Source: the human T2T-CHM13v2.0 reference genome, Homo sapiens. From it: a stretch of 64,000 nucleotides of DNA. The position numbers and the translations under genes are program-made. Below, in pieces: positions 28,694 through 48,945 of this stretch (its first letter is position 1; the number at the start of each line of letters is the position of its first letter). The notes below the pieces were generated by a model that searched no databases, had not been told where the DNA came from, and saw only the letters and a list, made by a program, of their open reading frames with translations. The DNA is taken from NCBI RefSeq assembly GCF_009914755.1, contig NC_060928.1. One strand, given 5' to 3'.

Positions 28694-31369
28694 CTGAAAG
28701 AGAGCGGAAGGGACAGAGGAAACGAGAGAAAGAAAAAAGAGAGAGAATGTATTATTTTTAAATTGTATTTCAACTCAAAGTCACTCACTAGTGCTATGGC
28801 AGAAATGGAGAAGTTGGAAAAATGTCTTGAGCTGTCTCAGAGGACACAGAAAAGTATGCTCAGAAAGAACAGATGATCTGTCTTCAGGTTAATAATGCAG
28901 CTAAAAAGCTCAATTCTTGGGCAGAAGCAAGAGTCAGAGAGATGCATAATTGTTACACTGCTTTCAAGTGTGATTCCTCGTGGCAGAATATGGGCCTTCG
29001 GGGGATTAAACAAAAAAGGAAGAAATGCCATGTGAGGAGAGAGGTGGCAGTAAAACACTCAGTGAGACTTAGCAAGGGGATACTTCTCCAAATGAACAAA
29101 GTTGTGTTCTACTTCATGATTTTTTTGTGTTGTTACTTTATATTTTTTTTTACTTCTACCTCACACTCAAATATTAAACTAATGCTCCAATAATATGTGT
29201 GGGGAAAGGTGCATTCTAGATGATATCAATGATGGATTTAATAGAAAATTATTTTAAAGTTATTTAAATTCAGTTAAAAGCTTTTTGTTTCCTGCTTTAT
29301 TTTATATATCAGCTAGTAAAAAAATCTACCTTCTAGTATAAGCAAATTTTGTAAAAACCCCTTGTCACATTTCTCAGTAGAGTACATACATCAATAACTC
29401 AAAATGTTCTTCCAGCTAAATATTTGGTACTAACGTGCCAGTAGGAAATGAATATAAAAATATATAAAAATCTTATACTCACAAGATAGTTGCAACTATT
29501 TTATAAAAATTAGATAAGTACAAGGTCAAGATTTAAGCAGCTTCAAAGCATCAATCAATGAATTTCAGTAAACTTTATAAATGATATAAAGACATGTGGA
29601 GTAATAAACATAAAACAAAATTAGTTTAAACACCTGAGAAATTGACTCAATTCTATGGAATGTTTTATGTCTCACGTAGTTTTAACTGATTGAGAAATTA
29701 TTGACAAAAAATAACCACAGTACCATCCAATATTTTCTAGTATACATATATATGGCAATGTTGTAATATAGTTTTAAAAATACAAGATCATCTCTTCTAA
29801 AGCAACCTTGCAGTGTGGAATATTCATATAGAAATAAAATTGTTTTAAAATTATCTTTATAACTTGTGATTAAAGTGCCATGTTATTCTGTGTACTCAGT
29901 GCTAGTGAGTGTTGAAAAATGACTATGAAGTACACCTTTCATTGGAACATCTACAGTGGGTCTGTTTCTCTAGGACTTTATCAATCTCATAAAGTAATTT
30001 ATTTCATTTTGCTATTTGTTCAAACAAAAATATTAGAGACTGTGTATACAGCACACATTACATCCACACAAACATTCACATGAACACTACTTAAAAATGG
30101 AAAAATGCTAACCCAGATCACCTAGTGAACAAATAATCTAGATAATTTAAAAAATATAGAAAATAGCATTACAATTTTAAATAAATCAAGATTTATTGTT
30201 TTAAAAGGTAATTTATCAAGATCTATTCCCTACTGTATGTTCTTATTTTCCCTTTTCCTATGACCTTGTTTTATTACTTTTTACTCTTCGAGAATTTCTC
30301 TTCTATCCTTCATTTGCTCTCTTGTAAATTCTAATTCCTACCAATAGTCAATTTTAAAAAGGCATCTGTAGAAGGAGATTATCACAGCTATAAAATTTCC
30401 ATTTTAATCCAACAGTTTCCAGACAGGAATCTCAGTTCTTTTATTCCAGCATCTTGAGACACACAGATGTGAATCTATGTTTGTCAGGCCCCACTAGTTC
30501 CTGGAATTGAATATTTATTTTCTTTTTCTAGATAACAATTTTAATCTAATTTTCAGTTGATAAGAAATACAGAAAACAGGGGACCAAACTAACACCATAA
30601 AGAAGTATTTTCTAAACAGATTTTCTTCACTATTATTAAAGATTTAATGGGATTATTTTGCTCTTGCTTTGCTTTCCACAGTATTAACACAGTTCTACGT
30701 TCTTATTAATGCGAAATTTACATTTGGTTGTAAGTGAATTTCCTCTTCATAAAAAGTTCCAGAAATGTGTTTCTGTAGACTTCTGCATACATACATACAC
30801 ACATAAAAGGAAGGTAGCAGGTGTGATGCTATTTATAAATTATCACTGCAATCTGGAACTCTTTTTTAGGCTTCATAAATATGAGTCTCCAACATTTCAG
30901 TCAAGAATGGGAAGTATTCTCTCAAACTGACCAAGTAAGTGAGCATTTCTCCACATTCTATTGCATTACAGGGTCTGGAATGAGGATGAGGGAAATATAA
31001 ATACATGTATGGAAAACTTTCCATACAATTGATTCATTGCTTGTATCCATCCATTTTTCATTGCCCATGTTATGCTCCATCCTCCTTGGTATAACAGAAT
31101 ATATTGCATTGATCATGTGGCTAATCTTGCACTTACCTTTATTTAACATACTGAAAGAACAAATTAGTATATAACTCTTCATAGGAACCATCCTTTCTAT
31201 CATTTCTATATTCCTTTCTAGAAGTCTCATGTTTGTTGCATGGCCATATTAGATATGAGTGTGCAGTTCATAAAATTTCAATTTCTTGGTGAGGCCTTTG
31301 CTGCTTGGCCTATTTAAAAGGGTAAACCTATCCCACCATACACTGACCAGCATTTTTAAATATTCCTTC

Positions 31370-31565
31370 TTTGCTTTGCCTTACTTAATAGCACTTATCA
31401 TCACCTGACATTTTACACATTGACCTGTCTTATTGTGGATCGCCTTGCTCTTGCCAATAGAGCATAACTCCACATGGGCAGCAATTTGTCTGTTTTCTTC
31501 ACCATCTAGATCTGTTCCTGGCACATTTTATTCATTCAACACATACATGTCAAATGACTGAATTA
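31370..31565 (+). mobile_element. L2 LINE 3' fragment
   Basis: AGCACTTATCATCACCTGACAT...CTCCACATGGGCAG...CCTGGCACAT; typical L2 tail. Confidence 0.6.
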
Positions 31566-32599
31566 AAAAATCATCAGGGTAGAGTAACAGAGGAAAAGAG
31601 AAATACTGTCATGGGGCCCGAATCTGCATATTTGCATTTCAAATATCTTTCAACTTAATACTAACACATTTGTGTCTTCTCAGTGCCACTGGTAGATGGC
31701 GAGCATTAGGACAAGATCCCTGGTTTATAAAACCGCACTGGTAATGTGTTCTGTGTAATTTTCATACATAAGAACTTTGTAGAGAGTTATTATAGCTATT
31801 ATACTATAGAATAATTTTACTTGTAATGAAGTTATCTTTTGATTTTTAAGAAAATAAAATTTTATTTATAATAATTTATAATTTATTATATATTTATATC
31901 TAAAATGTATTTGATGTATTTATTATAATTTATTTATTAATAAAAGTTATTAAAATAATGAATTATCTCCTATTTATCTTTATTAAGAAGAAGTGGAGCA
32001 CAGAAAGAATTCTAGAGGTCTTGGCCTGTGATTGAAGGAGCTTAGATTCTGAAATGAAGAAAGTCCTTTACTGGTCTACCCAGCTGAGTTCCGATGAGAA
32101 AAAGCTCTTGATCCCATTCTCAAGTGGTTTGCAAATATGTACTCACATACTTGCCCACCCCTGAAAAAAATAAGATGCCAACACACAGTGAATTCACTGA
32201 ACAATTAGAGGCTACCACCAGGCTACAGCTGAAATAAAAAGGAGATAACATGAATAAAACTCAACCGTTGGCAATTAAATCTAAATTATAAATCTAAATT
32301 AAATCTAAATTATAAAGAAATGTAGCATGGTGCTTTGTAGGTTTTTTTTTTCTGGCTTTTGGCTTTGCTTGTCTTGTTTCTTTCTTGAAGCTCTCAATTT
32401 GGAGCAAGATAACCAAATATGGTAAATTTTCTAACTAGGGAAATATTTATAAAATTCATCACTTCCACATCATATGGTTTTTAGGTGATTTTTAAGCAGA
32501 AAGCTACCATGAGGACAATGAAATCGAATGTAGCATATTGGCAGGATAAACAATCTTAAGAGGCAGGAATTGCAAAGCAAAGAAAGCCTTTCTTACTCA

Positions 32600-32935
<336 letters not shown>

Positions 32936-33307
32936 TCAGGCTTTAAGTAAAGATATGAGTGACTGGCATAAGAATATTCTACATGCTAGGAGGATGAAGA
33001 AGAGTTGGAGGAAGGGAAGAAGGAGAAACAGGAGAAGGGGGGAAGGAGTAGAAGAGGGCAAAGGAGAAGAAAAAGATCTTGCCAAGAATATAGCATATAA
33101 TTGCCTCAGTGAGTGGGTGGAATAAAGAAGTAAGACAGGCATTCAAATTTCCCACTAGCCATGTGACTATGGCAAGTCATTTAATCTCTCTGAGCTTGAA
33201 TTTCTCATCTGTTAATATATGATATTTAATTTTTATAGCTATAAAATTTCATTGTTCTTTGTTTGTTTTAAATGAACATTTTCTATACCCATTCACAAGA
33301 ACCAGGT

Positions 33308-33446
33308 GTTTTGTTTGTTATTGTTTTTTAGAAACAGAGTCTTGCTATGTTCCCCAGGCTAGTCTTGAACTCCTGAGCTCAAGGTATCTTCCTGCCTCAG
33401 TCTCTTTAGTAGCTGTGACTACAGCCACATACTATGTCACCCAACT
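33308..33446 (-). mobile_element. Alu monomer (FLAM-like)
   Basis: Single ~130-bp diverged monomer flanked by an AAGAACCA repeat. Confidence 0.8.
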
Positions 33447-34657
33447 AAGAACCAATTTTTAAGATGTGATGTTAATTGCCATAAAAGCACTGGTGGGCTG
33501 ATGATCAAAGTGTACTCTCATTAACAATAACAAAGCTCAAAATAAGAAATGCAATCAGAGAGTTTTAGAAACATAAATAACTGCATTTAAATACAAAGAC
33601 AAAAATAAATGCTGTTCACATGTGAAGCTTTCACACCGAGATTGAAAATTTACAATGCTTTGAAAAAGCTATCTAAATATTTGGTGCTATTTCTCTCATA
33701 TGCAGAGTACATGAGTTTAGAGATCAAATGAGAAAGTGAGAGAGGCTCTTTTTGCCATTATACCTAATGATGCACTCACAAAATATGTGACCCATCCCTG
33801 AAACTTTGAGTCCTGCTGGGTTTTGTCTTAGTTGTCAGGAGGAAATGCAAAACCAGAATCCACTACAACTGATCTACTAAATTAGAAGTAACATTGACCA
33901 TTGAAGCCTCATGCCACAGAACTAGGGGCAAAAAATGGAATTTCTGTACTGTAAGAAAATGATAGATTCACAGAATAAGGTTGAAAAAAGTCTTAGAGTT
34001 CACCTGGTCCATACTTTCATTTAATACTCATTCCTCTCTAAAATATGTCCATGAAAAGTTTCACCAGTCTCTGTTTGCCCACCTCCAAAAACATGGAAAT
34101 CATTATATCTAAGCAGCTCTTTCTATTGTTCGGCAGCTTTGAGAATAGAAATGCCATCATTCTAATAAACAGAGTTATCTTTCTGCAGTTTCCACTGACG
34201 ACTGTTAGTCCTGCCTTCCAGGGCAACTCAAAATAAAATGTTTCCTTTCCATTATTAACCATAATATATGAAATCTATTAAAAGGCTGCACACAATGCGT
34301 GGCCTAGAGTCAACACTCTTAACTCTTAGCTTTTAGCATTTTTCCCCTAAGTCTTTACTTTCTTAAATTAAATATTACCAGTCCCCTACCATCACTTGTC
34401 AGATGTGGTTTCAAGTCCCGTTACTATCTGGTCAGTTTCCTCTGAATAAACTCCAGTGTGTCAATATGCTCTGAAAATGTGGACCTTGTGCTAAATAAAC
34501 ATTGCTACTCTGGGTATAGAGTGTTACTGAAGATTAGGGTAGAGCTAGTAACTCTCTCATTCATTCCTTTGCTCATTCATTCAACAATCCTGTTCTGACA
34601 TTGTTTATACAGCTAAGTCTGTCCTGGAACTCTTTAATAATGACATTCCACACTATT

Positions 34658-41287
<6,630 letters not shown>

Positions 41288-42144
41288 TAAAATACTGTCT
41301 CTTAAAAATCTTGTGCTGCTCTTACACTAATATGTCAGCACTGGTGCTTCTGTGCTTGTGTTTGTTCTTTTTCACCTACCAATGGCAGCACAGATAAAGA
41401 GCCAAGTGGGCATGTTTCTTATAGGTAACATACAAGGGCAACAGTGGATTTGGAAACACAGGAATTAAACTTACTGTCTAAAGTTAAGTCATTGTATTGG
41501 CAGAAAATTGATCCATCACCTCAAAGACAAGAACTAAATCTTAAGCCAAAATTAACTTAGCTGAAATTATTAAAATATCAAAAGAAAGAATGGCAATCAG
41601 TCATGAAGGCATATAAGGGAGTTGGAGAGGCAAACTCTGGCACTTCTTGGCCAAATAAGAAAGTACCTTTCCAGGTAGGTCTAGAGATCCTGTCAGCCAA
41701 CCAGATGGACACATTCATATTGTGATTGTCAGAAACTACAGCCAGTTAGCATTCTGATCAGAGTCTCCTTGGGCTGATTCGATCCTCTACAGCCAACATT
41801 ATACTAATCAAGACTTATTCAACATTATACTAATCAAGACTTTATATGTGTATAAGAATATTGTCTATATTTGGTCAGCCTGACTGTTACATCTTTCATA
41901 ATTTCAAAAAACGGGCATCTGGTTTTATATGTGAGATGGTAGTGAGGATTGTCAGTGTAAGTTTGAGTCCCTGAGATATTGACCAGATCATGCAAGACAG
42001 TGGGCCATCCCCCTATCTCATGTGGAATAACTGAGAAAATCCCACCCTGTGGGGTTTCTTGGCAGGCAAAAAGCTAGACAGTTCTCCTGGAAACGTTGTG
42101 GCATTCTCCCTCTGTCTGGTACTTCCTCCTCAAAGCAATTTTAG

Positions 42145-42335
42145 GTATGAATGTCAGCCCTGCTGCTTACTAAATGTGGGCAAGTCATTTACACTTTCTG
42201 ACATCAGTTTCCTCATACTTAAAATGAAGAGAATAACAACTTGACAAGCTTGCTGTAAGGAGTAAAAGAGTTAATAATGTATAGATAGTGCCTCACCTAG
42301 AGTGAGCACTGAGTAAATGATGGCTATTACTATTT
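42145..42335 (+). mobile_element. MIR SINE
   Basis: GGGCAAGTCATTTACACTTTCTGACATCAGTTTCCTCATACTTAAAATG core. Confidence 0.75.
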
Positions 42336-42574
42336 TTAAAATCAATGTTCTTCCCAGATTCATTATGTAGGACAGGATAAAGCATTAATTCCTACAGCAT
42401 AGGCAACAATTGGACACATATCTGCTAATCAGTAGTTCTTTAGTCTTTCTGCTAATTACAAATACATTCAACTGTACCACCATCATGACCACATTTTTCA
42501 AGTATGTCCCATGACATCATAAAATACATCTTCCAAAAAGACAAAAAGCTTTGTTAAACTTTAAATACATTATA

Positions 42575-42705
42575 AGCTGGGCACAGTGGCATGTGCCTAT
42601 TGTCCCAGCTACCCAGAAAGCTGAGGCAGGAGGATTGCTTGAGCCCGAGAGTTCAAGACCAGCATGGGCAACATAGTGAGACCACCCCATATCAATAAAA
42701 ATAAT
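42575..42705 (+). mobile_element. Alu monomer (FLAM-like)
   Basis: Single monomer with A-rich tail and flanking TAAATACA repeat. Confidence 0.85.
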
Positions 42706-43179
42706 AAATACACGCATACATACATATATACGCTGTAGCCATACAGTTCTCTGGCTTACCACTTTAATAAACTATTTGTATGATTTGTTTTTAACAAACC
42801 CCCTATTCCCAGTGATCACTACACCCTGTCTTAATGGTTCACAGGGTATCTTTTCTAACCAATACAAGGACCAGTGTTGAGTTCAGGAGGTGTCTCTTAT
42901 AAGCTATCCCTTCCTCTAAAGAAATAAGAACTTTTGGCTGTCTTGAATTGTGTGGATACTGTGGTTTGGTTTACTGAACTTCCATCTGACTCTTCTATGT
43001 CATACCTTCCTATATTAAAGATAAAACTTCAGAGTTAAGTGTACAATTCCCAGAAGCTTTTGCAGCTAGCACTCTGGATCCAAGTAAGATCCTGCAGATG
43101 CACCTATGAGCGATTTGTAATGCAGAAGTGAGGATTATCAGCATCTTCTGACATGTCTTATTTGGGAAGCAAGGTCTTG

Positions 43180-43580
43180 TGGAGATGTGAGGTTTTCTTC
43201 CAAAGCAATAATTCATGTCATTCTCTAGATTCCTGGTTAAGAGGAGGAGTGGAAGCAGAGTCCCCAATGAACTCCAGGTTCCACTCCCCCGTTCACAGCA
43301 TAATAGAGTAGCCATGGCAACAGTAAGTGCATAGTTCCAGCTCTATGATTTCCTATCTCAGCTTTGATTGTATGTTCTGGAAATCTGATGGTTCTAGGAT
43401 ACTCTCAGAGGTGGGAGCTCCCTGGTGATTCAGCTCTTGGGTGTCTGGGAGTCATTCAAGGTAGCCCAGAGTACAGCCCACTTCTCCAGGCCTTCCTGTA
43501 ACTGCAGGCACCCATTTACAGCATTTAATCTCTGCTGCTTAAAATGCTTCTGTCTTCTGCCATGAACCTTGGCTGACACT
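43180..43580 (+). mobile_element. Old ERVL-type LTR (LTR67B/LTR33-like)
   Basis: GGGAGTCATTC...GCCCAG...CTTCTCCAG...CTGCTTAAAAT...GAACCTTGGCTGACA resembles the 3' half of these LTRs; 5' boundary uncertain. Confidence 0.5.
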
Positions 43581-44019
43581 ACAATCTTTCCCATTTTCTG
43601 TAATTCCTCAGTGATTACTGGCAGAAGTTTAGCAAATACATCTGCAAATTGGCATCATTGATGCGGTACAGTCACAGATTCATGTCTGAAAGTTTTCTAT
43701 TACTCTTGAGTCATCTATTTTTCCAAGAATCTTGGCCTGTGGAATCTTACTTTTTTTCTTTCAGTATTTTTTTCTTTCTGCTATCTTTATGCAGGTAAAA
43801 ATGGAGATAGGTCTTTATGAAGATTTTTCCAACAATTCTCCAGCCACACTGCTGAAGATTTTCCAGCAACTTCTTGGCATACAGTACTAACACACCTCCA
43901 CTTCTACCAGGTTTATTCCTAAAAGAGTGATAGAGCTTTCTGCTGTTATGCTCCTGTCATTTAATTCAGCTTGATGATGCTATAAAGCTATGTTTACCTC
44001 CTTGTATGTATTTATATAA

Positions 44020-44022
<3 letters not shown>

Positions 44023-44060
<38 letters not shown>
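44023..44060. repeat. (CA)n microsatellite
   Basis: Directly visible. Confidence 0.95.
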
Positions 44061-44061
<1 letters not shown>

Positions 44062-44763
44062 CTCTGAAGGCAAATCTTGTTCTCAATATATTTATCAGGT
44101 ATTTTTTTCTTCTGACAATTGCAGATAACCTCTTACACAAATGTTCTTCTTCCTAAGTCATAATCATTTATTTGACAATTTTTCTTGTTCCTCTTTCCCT
44201 TTACATTTAAAATGTTTGTAATCATATTAAATATTTGTGGGGGAAATCCCTAAGCATTACTGGAGCATCTTAAACATCTTAAATCATAGCCTGGCAAACC
44301 AAATTCTTTAATAAGAATCATGTTTTTGAACCTGCCAAATTCACTTCTGCCTTAGGATTCTGCAATTGTTCCCCCTAACAGGAATGCTCTTCTTGCATCC
44401 TCACTTGGCTAACCCCATTTGTGATTCAGATTTCAGCCCAAATATTATCTCCTCAGAGAGGCTTTTTTTAGTTTTTCTATCAAAAGTCAACAGTTGATTT
44501 TTTTGGTTAATTATTTTGTCATTGAATGGTTTGGCTGTACAAGTTTGGTTATATTTGTTGAGAATACTTTCAATTACAAGTAACAGAATTCTGAATAATA
44601 ATAACTTAAGTAATAAAGATATTCATTATATCATATAACAAAGTATAAAAGTAGGCTTATCAAAGTTTCAGAGATGCACAGTGATTTTTGAGGGCCCTAC
44701 GCACTTTTGCCTTCGATTTTCTGCAAATTTGTTCTCAGCATGTTGGGAATAAAAAGCCAATAG

Positions 44764-45048
44764 GGCCGGGCGATGTGGCTCACGCCTGTAATCCCAGCAC
44801 TTTGGGAGGCCGAGGCGGATCACGAGGTCAGGAGTTTGAGATCAGCCTGGCCAACATGGTGAAACACCGTCTCTACTAAAAATACAAAAATTAGCCAGGC
44901 GTGGTAGCACGCACCTGTAATCCCAGCTACTCAGAGGCTGAGGCAGGAGAATTGCTGGAATCCGGCAGGCAGAGGTTGCAGTGAGCCACTGCATTCCAGC
45001 CTGGGTGACAGAGCAAGACTCCATCACAAAAAAAAAAAAAAAAAAAAA
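44764..45048 (+). mobile_element. Alu (AluSg-like)
   Basis: Dimeric Alu with a short right-arm deletion, ~21-nt poly-A and TSD AAAAAGCCAATA. Confidence 0.95.
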
Positions 45049-45089
45049 GCCAATAATAGGAGAACTCTATTAATGTATCCAAGGGCAAT

Positions 45090-45505
45090 GGTGTAGGTGC
45101 TGTGATGCAAGAAGATTCCCTGTCAGGAATAAAGGGCTTATTATGTCAGATGCTAGGTGTGCTGCCAGCAGACAGCCTCTCAGCTCTTAGCCCCCTTTGA
45201 GGATGACCTCAGCTGACAAAAGCTGCCTAACCTAGCCTACACACTCTTCATAGGTAGCCTTCATTCAATGACTGATGAACATGTGGTTATAAAAGCCTGG
45301 CCACTTCACCCCAATTCAGGACAGCTGGTAAGGCTCATTACCTCTTCAGAACTCCCAATAGGGTCAGCAGAGGCTTCTATTGAGATTGTATTGCAGCTGA
45401 ACTTGTCTCTATTTTCTTTTTCCACAGGTGTTGGCCCCCAAAATACTTCCTAATAAATCTCCTGCATGAAATCACCATCTCAAAGTGTACCTTCTGGAGA
45501 ATACA
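45090..45505 (+). mobile_element. Solo LTR, LTR16C-like (ERVL)
   Basis: TATAAAAGCCTGGCCA...TTCCACAGGTGTTGG...CCTAATAAATCTCCTGCA...CCATCTCAAAGT resembles the LTR16C consensus as recalled. Confidence 0.7.
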
Positions 45506-46587
45506 GTGTTTGGAAAGCAGTAAGTCATGGCTAAATACAGCAATATGCTCTGGAGTTCACTTGGATACTTCCCTAGGCAAAAGGCAAGTCCAATTATGGA
45601 TAAACATGGCTAGACTACGAGCTCAACATCAAGAAAAGCCATTTCACCTATGTAACCAACTAACCTAGATGACCAAGCCTAATTATAGAGTTTTCATTCA
45701 AAACCACTTTGTGCTTGGTAGACACTAAATTGAAGCAAGGCAGCAAGTGGGTCTCACAGCCAGTCCCTCAAAGACGTATCAAAAGCAGGAACTTCTTAAA
45801 ACACTAGAAACTGAACTAGTACTTTACAACCCATCAGCAAACTAAAGACGGGGAAGACCACACAAAGATTATTCACCTTAATCAAAAACATGGGACCAGC
45901 TCAGCAGCTCATCACCACAGAAAATAGATGAATGGAAAGAAAATGGCTGCTCTAGACACGAGGCAATTTCTGGAAATCAGGATGGTGACATTGGAGAAGA
46001 AACTGAAGATTCTTGGAGAAATATTAACTTCATCTCAGTAAAATGGTAGGTGATGGAATGCACACAGACTGTCTCAGTTTCTCTTCTTTGATCTTTGTGA
46101 CAAATTGTCTCATGCCCATTCTGCTCCTTTACTGACCATTCAATGGACCATTCATATATTTATCTAGTCGATGTTTTAGTCTACAAAATTCACAAAGCTG
46201 CCAGGCTGCCAATTGATAGGGTAAGCTGAAAACTTGGGAAATTAGACTGGCCAGCCCTGCTATAAGGCATATAGGGTGTAGTTAGACAGCCTTGCTACAC
46301 TGATTTTGCCATTTACTGTGTGGTATAAACCAATAATTATTTGGTTTTTAGTGTTTAGTAAATATTTTCTAACTTTGCAATAAAACCCTTCCGACAGAAA
46401 TAAATAAAATTAAAACTACATATTTAATTAAAGTACTATATACTAAATTTCTATTTCTTATATATTCTTGGTCACAACCAAATGAAAACCAGAAACAGTT
46501 CTCCTAAAGGACCATCAGCATCTATTTCAGTTAGTAATTATTGTAAGAAGGCTGTGCCTACATACGATGATTTAACACATGCAGCTA

Positions 46588-46940
46588 TGTCTTAGTCTAT
46601 TTGGGCTGCTATAACAAAACATCTGAGAATGGGCAGCTTATAAACAGCAGACATCTATTTCTCACAATTCTTGAGTCTGGGAAGTACAAGATCAAGAAAC
46701 AGCCAGATTTGGTGACTGGTGAGGGCTTGTTCCTCATAGAAGGCACCATCTTGTTGTGTTCTTACATGGCAGAGGGGATAACTAGCTCTTTGGGGTCTCT
46801 TTTATAAGGGCACTAATATCATTCATGAGGGCAAATCCTCATGACCTAATCACCTCCCTAAGATGCCACTTTCTAACAATATCACATTGGAGATTAAGTT
46901 TCAATATATGAATTTTGGGGAGACACAAAAGATACATTTG
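46588..46940 (-). mobile_element. MLT1A-like MaLR solo LTR
   Basis: TGTCTTAGTCTATTTGGGCTGCTATAACAAAA...TTTTATAAGGGCACTAAT...GAATTTTGGGGAGACACAAA. Confidence 0.85.
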
Positions 46941-47029
46941 CAGATTACTCTGAATCATAACTTTTCATTTAGCTCAAATGACTGTTCTTCTAAATTAATT
47001 TTGTTTATTTTCATTTTTGTGAGGATTAC

Positions 47030-48945
47030 AAAATATATTTTTAATTGACAAAAATTGTATATATTTGTGGTATAAACCATCATATTTTGATATATGTATA
47101 CATTGCAGAACTGCTAATTCAAGCTAATTAACATATATATTACCTCTCATACTCAGATTTTTTTGGGTTGAGAACAAAAATCTCCCTAAGTAATTTGTAA
47201 GTATACAATATATTCTTATGAACTCTAGTCATTATGTTGTACAATAGATCTCTTGAACTTATTTCTCCTGTCAAACTGTCTAATTTTGTGTGCTTTGACA
47301 AACATCTCTCCAGTCTCCCCCGCTTTTGGCCTCCAGCCACTGGTAACCACCATTCTATTCTCTACTTCTCTAAACTTTATATCTCAACATAAGCTCCATC
47401 AAGTTCAAGACACTTTTGTAAGCAACAATCCTGCCATTTAGTTCATCCCTAAAGAACTCAGGGCCTTGGGAATTTAATCATGTTAATACAGTCTTTTTTT
47501 TGGGAGGGGCATTATTAACTGAGAAAAATGGGTGGCTTTAAACATTTTCTAAGATTAGAAAATAAAAAAAGTCAGATAGAGCCAAGTGAGGACTGTAAGG
47601 TGGATGCCTAAAATTGCCCCTGTTTGCAGAGAGGAATGAGCAGGAGCATTGTCATGGTAGAAAAAGACTTTCTGGTGAAGTTTCCCAGGCATTTATCTGC
47701 TAATGCTTTGGCTAACTATCTCAAAACACTCTCATAATAAGCAGATAGTATTATATTTTGGCTCTCCAGAAAGTCAACAAGCAAAATTCCTTGAGTATCC
47801 CCAAAAACTGTTGCCATGACATTTGCTTTTGACCAGTTCACTTTTGCTTTAACTGGACCACTTCCACCTCTTGGTAGCCATTGCTGTGACTGTGCTTTGT
47901 CTTCAGGATCATATTGGTAAAGCCATGTTTCATCTCCTGTTACAATTCTTTGAAGAAATGCTTCAGGGTCTTGATCCCACTTGTTTAAGATTTCCATTGA
48001 AAGCTCTGCTCTCTTTCATCTGCAACTGTTCTGGAAGCAACATTTTTGGCACCCATTGAGTGGAAAGTTTGCTCAACTTTAATTTTTCACTCAGAATTGT
48101 GTAAGCTGACACAATTGAGATGTTTATGGTGTTGGCTTTTGTTTCTGTTATTGTCAGTCCTCTTCAATTAGGGAATAAATAAGATAAATTTTTTTCCTTG
48201 AAAATTGATGTGGATGGTCTGCCTCTGTGGGCTTCATCTTCAACATTGCTTCATTGTCCATTTGTAAACTCCTGATTTATTTGGAGCATCATCCCCATAA
48301 CTTTGTAAAGCATCAATGATGTCTTCATTTTTCTACCTAAGTTTTACTATAAATTTGGTGTTTGTTCTTGCTTCAATTTTTGCAGAATTTATGTGGTTCT
48401 GATAGGTGCTCTTTTGAAACTGATGTCTTATTCTTTTTAGTGCCTCAAATTAGATCCTGTTCATAGCTGTTATAACAAGGTACTACAAGTTTATTCTGGT
48501 GCAAAAAACATGAAATCCATGCATAACTTTTTCATAATACACACTTTCCATAACTTTTTAAAGCCCCCTCGTATAACTGAGGTCATACAGTATTTGTCTT
48601 TCCGTGTCTGGTTTATTTTCCTTAACATAAAGTCCTCCAGGTTTATCCATGTTGTCACACATAACAGGGTTTTCTTCTTTTTAAAGTCTGATTATTACCT
48701 TATTGTGTATATATGCCATATTTTATTTATTCATTCATCTTCTGATGAACACTTAGATTGATTTCTTTTCTTGGCTATTGTGAATAATGCTGCAATGAAT
48801 ATGGGAGTGCAGCTATCTCTTTGACATACTGATTTCATTTCCTTTGGATTTATACCCAGAAGTAGGATTGCTGGAGCATATGGAAGTTGTAGTTTTAGTT
48901 TTTTGAGGAACTGCATACTGTTTTCCATAATGGCCGTATTAATCA
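47030..48945 (-). mobile_element. L1MA-type 3' fragment interrupted by HSMAR2
   Basis: L1M 3'UTR at 47030-47370 and 3'UTR/ORF2 end at 48574-48945 (LKLQLPYAPAILLLGINPKE...CTPIFIAALFTIAK). Confidence 0.8.
47371..48571 (-). mobile_element. HSMAR2 mariner transposon, near full length, degenerate transposase
   Basis: TA-flanked TIR TA|CGAGGGGGCTTTAAAAAGTTATGGAAAG at 48571; ORF 47716-47997 carries the mariner RIVTGDETWLYQYDPE motif; second TIR missing. Confidence 0.9.

Noticed and set aside
32270-32315. Repeated TAAATCTAAATTA units
   Set aside because: Short AT-rich low-complexity slippage repeat with no spacers.
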